Origin: Candidatus Zixiibacteriota bacterium
Lineage (GTDB): Bacteria; Zixibacteria; MSB-5A5; CAIYYT01
Reading direction: 5' to 3'
Assembly (NCBI GenBank): GCA_040235515.1
Contig: JBECKX010000070.1
Location: forward strand, 1 to 11,649
DNA length: 11,649 bases
Shown piece after piece: positions 6,687-11,649 of this stretch. Both the position numbers and the translations under genes were made by a program. The notes beneath the pieces were generated by a model. It saw nothing but the letters and a program-made list of their open reading frames with translations, did not search any database and was not told the DNA's origin. The first letter of the stretch is position 1. Every line of letters starts with the position of its first letter.

Positions 6687-7682
6687 ATGAGGGACCTCTT
6701 GACCGCGACACTTAAAATCCATTTGGCGCAGGGGTTCGACAGGCTCTTTACCGATCAGCTCAGAGCAGGTCTGTCAGAAAACGTCGCGCTGACGACCGGC
6801 GCAGCACTCCCCAGCCCGACCGAATACTCGATCCTGATCTCGGGGCGCCCAACCCGGCTGGAGCTTGATGCCAGCCCGAACCTGACCACTCTGATTATCC
6901 CCTGGGCGGGCCTGCCGACCAAGACTCGCGAAATCATGCTGGAGTATCCGCGGATCGCCGTTCACAATATTCATCATAATGCCGCGCCGACCGCTGAAAT
7001 GGCCGTCACGCTGCTGATGAACGCCGCCAAGAATCTCGTCACGCTCGATCGTACCATGCGCAGACATGACTGGACATTACGTTATTCCTCCTCAGCGGTA
7101 AACACGCTGCTGGAGGGGAAGTCTGTCGTTGTGCTCGGTTATGGCGCGATCGGGTCACGCATCGCCACTCTCTGCCGCAGTCTTGGCATGGAGGTAGTGG
7201 TGGTGCGACGGTCGATTGAATCCCCGGAGCGCGGTGAGTTTCCGTTCTACCCGGTGGCGGACTTGCGCACAGTAGTACAGCGCGCCGATGCGTTCATCAT
7301 CGCAGTCCCGCTGACGCCGGAAACGCGAGACCTCGTGGGGATCAATGAACTTGCCGCTTTACCAGACGGCGCCATCGTCGTCAACATCTCACGCGGGCCG
7401 GTGGTCGGAGAACGCGCGCTCTATGATGAACTCAAGAGTGGTCGGTTGCGTGCTGGACTCGATGTGTGGTATTACTACCCTGCGGATGAGGAGGCCCGCA
7501 CTTCCACGCCCCCTTCAAATTTCCCCTTCGAAAAACTCGATAACGTCGTGATGTCCCCGCATGTCGGCGGAAATTCTGACCAGACTGAGCAACTTCGTAT
7601 CAAGGAGTTGCAGACGATGATTAACCTTGCCGCCGCCGGACAGCCCCTGCCGAATCGTATCGACGTTGAGCGGGGGTACTAG
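6687..7682 (+). CDS. D-isomer-specific 2-hydroxyacid dehydrogenase family protein
   Basis: TAEMAVTLL, VLGYGAIG, VPLTPETRDLV, VNISRGPVV, LDVW, MSPHVGG. Start may be TTG at 6699. Confidence 0.93.
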   Translation: MRDLLTATLKIHLAQGFDRLFTDQLRAGLSENVALTTGAALPSPTEYSILISGRPTRLELDASPNLTTLIIPWAGLPTKTREIMLEYPRIAVHNIHHNAAPTAEMAVTLLMNAAKNLVTLDRTMRRHDWTLRYSSSAVNTLLEGKSVVVLGYGAIGSRIATLCRSLGMEVVVVRRSIESPERGEFPFYPVADLRTVVQRADAFIIAVPLTPETRDLVGINELAALPDGAIVVNISRGPVVGERALYDELKSGRLRAGLDVWYYYPADEEARTSTPPSNFPFEKLDNVVMSPHVGGNSDQTEQLRIKELQTMINLAAAGQPLPNRIDVERGY

Positions 7683-7721
7683 AATAGACTCGCGCGTATA
7701 GCATCTGCATCAGTCGTGGAA

Positions 7722-7947
7722 TACACACCCCGTCTCCCAATTTCAATACGTTGAAATCGGGAGCCACCCCTCTCAAGAGGGGACCTGGCAAACATCTACA
7801 TTGAGTATCTGATCAAGAATCATTTATATCAACAATCGTTCTCGTTCAAGACGATTGACGAAACCAAGCACGACGTGTTACAAATTCCCCTCTTGAGAGG
7901 GGTGGATTTTGTCCCGATCTTGATCGGGGCAAGGGACGGGGTGTGTA
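7722..7947. repeat. Inverted pair of ~65-bp composite palindromic elements between convergent genes
   Basis: tacacaccccgtc...ccacccctctcaagagggga (7722-7783) and aaattcccctcttgagaggggtgg...gacggggtgtgta (7882-7947). A third copy lies at 10121-10187. Confidence 0.9.
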
Positions 7948-7981
7948 ACTGCTACGTATGCACAGCATATCCCCACAGGTA

Positions 7982-8884
7982 CTAGTACAGCCGCGCCCGC
8001 TTGTTCAAAAACGCTATCAGGGAATAATCGTACGACATCGACGTATCGATCGGTACGTAATCGATATTCGACATGCGGCACTCGCGGGCAAAATTGGAGA
8101 TCACTTCCCCCACAACCTTCTGATAATCCCCCTTCACCTGCCACGGCAACGTATTGATCTGTTCGCCGGTTTCCATATCCTTGAAAATCGCCTCAAGCGG
8201 AAACGCAAAATCGCGCTCGCGCGGGTCGAGTACATGGAAGACAATGATCTCATGTTTGCGGTGCCGGAAATGCTTGAGGCCCGCCATAACTTCAGCCGGG
8301 TCATCGAGCAGATCACTTAGCAGGATGATCAACCCGCGCCGCTTGATCCGTTCTGCCATCTCATGCAGCGTGCTGGCGATATCGGTCTTGTCGGAGGCTT
8401 GCGTCCGCTCCATCTCGCGTAACAGCACATGCAGGTGCGAAGCCGCCGAACGCGGCGGAACATAGTTGCTGATCTTCTCAGCAAAACTCACCATGCCAAC
8501 GGCATCGCGCTGTTTCAACATCAGAAACGACAGTGCCGCCGCCAGCTGCTGTGAGTAGGTGAGCTTGTCAAGGCGTCCCTCGGCGGCAAAACCCATCGAG
8601 CGAGAGCAATCAAGCAGGATGTACGCCTTGAGGTTGGTTTCTTCCTCATACTGCTTGATATAGAACCGATCCGATTTGGCGAAGACTTTCCAGTCAACAT
8701 CCCGAATCGAGTCCCCCGGCATATATTGGCGATGCTCGGCAAACTCCACCGAGAAGCCATGGTATGGCGACCGATGCAACCCCGCGATGAATCCCTCCAC
8801 CACCAGGCGTGCTTTGACCTCCATCCCTTTGAGTTTGCTGACTACCTCTGGAGAGAGATATTTGGTGTATGTTTCGTTCGGCAT
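7982..8884 (-). CDS. DUF58 domain (vWA-like) protein, MoxR-associated
   Basis: GLHRSPYHGFSVEFAEHRQYMPGDSIRDVDWKVFAK, IKQYEEE, LLDCSRSM, LLSDL. Confidence 0.95.
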   Translation of the reverse strand: MPNETYTKYLSPEVVSKLKGMEVKARLVVEGFIAGLHRSPYHGFSVEFAEHRQYMPGDSIRDVDWKVFAKSDRFYIKQYEEETNLKAYILLDCSRSMGFAAEGRLDKLTYSQQLAAALSFLMLKQRDAVGMVSFAEKISNYVPPRSAASHLHVLLREMERTQASDKTDIASTLHEMAERIKRRGLIILLSDLLDDPAEVMAGLKHFRHRKHEIIVFHVLDPRERDFAFPLEAIFKDMETGEQINTLPWQVKGDYQKVVGEVISNFARECRMSNIDYVPIDTSMSYDYSLIAFLNKRARLY

Positions 8885-8900
8885 AATGTTCCTGGTTTAC

Positions 8901-8966
8901 GTAGGGGCGCAGCATGCTGCGCCCGCTATATTTATCAATGTCGGAACCGCAAGGGTTCCGACCTAC
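8901..8966. repeat. Head-to-head pair of two different GTAG-tagged REPs
   Basis: GTAG-gggcgcagcatgctgcgccc (8901-8924) and gtcggaaccgcaagggttccgac-CTAC (8940-8966). Confidence 0.85.
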
Positions 8967-8969
8967 AAT

Positions 8970-9716
8970 CTATCTAGGATTCGAAGGCTGTCTTCTAATG
9001 TACTGTCCTATCCAATCGCGGTGTTCATTAGCAAAGAAGTTATGCTTGACATTCGATACTGTCCGCATATTGTCAACCGAAACAGCCACGAACCGAATAA
9101 TCTCTTCTACACTTCCTGATTCAGCGGTTTCAGCGGTCCAACCAGTAGCCTGCATGTTCATCCAGGAGTATTTGCCTGCGACGCAAATTCCGTTGAAATT
9201 AGGTCCAGATTCACGCATCCATTGCTTACCTTGATGTGGATCATTCAATTCTGGTAGTCCTTCGCCCATAAATGCAAACAGATAAAATAAAGGTGGCAGA
9301 AATATGCTGTCCTGATGGTTCCATTGATCAGAATACCAAACATTGCTCACGAGATTCGTAGCCTTGTCGTGTGAGTCTCGAAATTCAGTTATGTTCAGAA
9401 TCGACTTCACCTCAAATGCTGCTACAACACATTCGATGGGTACCATATCCTTGTTGGCGAGCACCCATGGCCTCATGATTCTAGAGTCATAAATGATCAA
9501 ATCCGTTTCATTGCTTTGGTCACCATCTCTATTAACTATTATGCCGGATGTAGCCTGCAAATGAGATGGAAGTAATCGGGAGAGCAGCTCATCGAAGAAA
9601 AATTCCCTGAACATGCCCTTTAGCAGCCGATGTTCCACTTGCTGTACAGATTTAGCCTTCTCAAGTGTACCCTTGATTACACTTTCGATAAATTCTTTAA
9701 TCAGTTGATTTGTCAC
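8970..9716 (-). CDS. DUF6602-like protein, predicted PD-(D/E)xK nuclease fold
   Basis: KG.FRE....LL..LLP......SGII.....QS.ETDLIIYD...VPIECV.A.FEVKS pattern. GTG start with AAGGA RBS. Visibly AT-richer than flanking genes. Confidence 0.75.
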   Translation of the reverse strand: MTNQLIKEFIESVIKGTLEKAKSVQQVEHRLLKGMFREFFFDELLSRLLPSHLQATSGIIVNRDGDQSNETDLIIYDSRIMRPWVLANKDMVPIECVVAAFEVKSILNITEFRDSHDKATNLVSNVWYSDQWNHQDSIFLPPLFYLFAFMGEGLPELNDPHQGKQWMRESGPNFNGICVAGKYSWMNMQATGWTAETAESGSVEEIIRFVAVSVDNMRTVSNVKHNFFANEHRDWIGQYIRRQPSNPR

Positions 9717-9764
9717 AAATTTCCTTCATTTGTGCAACGCTTCTCTCCTGATTCGCATTGCCCT

Positions 9765-10350
9765 GTCAAGCCCCAAGAGGGCTTGACCTACTGTCTTGTA
9801 ACCACTCTGTAGGGCCGAATCTATTCGGCCTCATAACGCGACCTCAGGGAGCGTCATTCCCGCGCAGGCGGGAATCCATCTTCATGGCGAAGTCACTTCG
9901 CCATCACATGTGCGAATAAATTCGCACCTACCTGATGGATCAACGCGCGCAATCCTCCCCTCGCCCTTGCAAGGGAGAGGGGCTGGGGGTGAGGGTTCCT
10001 CACGCCTTCTGCGTGATGTCAGACAAGAATGTCAGACATCCTGCAATCTCAGTCGTGTTGTCCGGGCTCAGCATGCTGAGCCCCTACGATCTAATTCACC
10101 CACCGTGGCAAGACGATACCAAATTCCCCTCTTGAGAGGGGTGGCCCCAATCGTTCCGCCTGCGGAACATCGGGGACGGGGTGTGTATCCGGGTCACCAG
10201 CAGGTTTCCCAAATCATCTCACTGCCTGTCAAGCCCCAAGAGGGCTTGACCACTGCTTTTCTTCCCCTCGCCTTTCTGGGGAGAAGGGTGAGGGTTCAAG
10301 TCCCACCGCAAGCGGTGGGGCACCCGATCCAGACAGGCGTGTCTGTGCCC

Positions 10351-10354
<4 letters not shown>
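9765..10354. repeat. Mosaic array of about a dozen REP-like palindromes from multiple families
   Basis: Units at 9765-9791, 9809-9830, 9852-9878, 9884-9904, 9910-9931, 9955-9995, 10017-10045, 10064-10087, 10121-10187, 10228-10251, 10262-10295, 10301-10326 and 10330-10354. Confidence 0.9.
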
Positions 10355-11367
<1,013 letters not shown>

Positions 11368-11570
11368 CAACTCCTCCGAAAGTTCAATAACATTATTCTA
11401 AATAGACAATACTCTGAGCAGGTAAAAGCAGAGCACCGTCCGCGGGCGGTGAGCAACCGCAGCCACAGCGGGCACAATCTGCATTAGTCAGTAATAACTT
11501 ATACCGTTTAACGCGGGCTACGTCGAAAAGTTTACCCGAAAACCACCCGGGATTTTTCTAATAGCAGGTA

Positions 11571-11599
11571 TTAATAATTAGCGGCGGTGCTGTTGTCAA
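11571..11599 (-). promoter_or_regulatory. Possible sigma70 promoter upstream of moxR
   Basis: TTGACA (11599-11594), 17 nt, TATTAA (11576-11571). The -10 is imperfect. It would imply a ~200-nt leader. Confidence 0.35.
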
Positions 11600-11649
11600 C
11601 CGAGCGGACGGCAACAATTCGATCAGGGGCAATCGAGACGGAATACGAG

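Noticed and set aside
8885..9760. DUF6602-like gene as an integron cassette or IS passenger
   Set aside because: No RYYYAAC...GTTRRRY attC boxes, transposase, terminal inverted repeats or target duplication identified.

Overview
Bacterial chromosomal window, GC-rich, with 11 supportable genes. In order: the 5' part of an ABC ATPase (-), iodotyrosine deiodinase-like nitroreductase (+), type I glutamine synthetase (-), a four-gene minus-strand redox/Fe-S cluster, a D-2-hydroxyacid dehydrogenase (+), and a moxR/DUF58 pair (-) split by an AT-richer DUF6602-like nuclease-fold gene. The best candidate for an undescribed system is the cluster at 4309-6519. It encodes a divergent IscU-fold protein whose TGA stop looks like selenocysteine in a C-x2-C-x3-U tail followed by a SECIS-like hairpin, a canonical IscU, a ferritin/rubrerythrin-like protein, and a YumC-type ferredoxin reductase lacking its whole NADPH domain. 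A second candidate is an ORF-less, structured ~200-nt RNA behind glnA with its own promoter and terminator. Intergenic regions 3400-4290, 7720-7950, 8900-8966 and 9760-10354 are mosaics of several unrelated REP-like palindrome families, shared between loci, with no RAYT gene in the window. All family calls are by motif recognition by eye; no searches were run.
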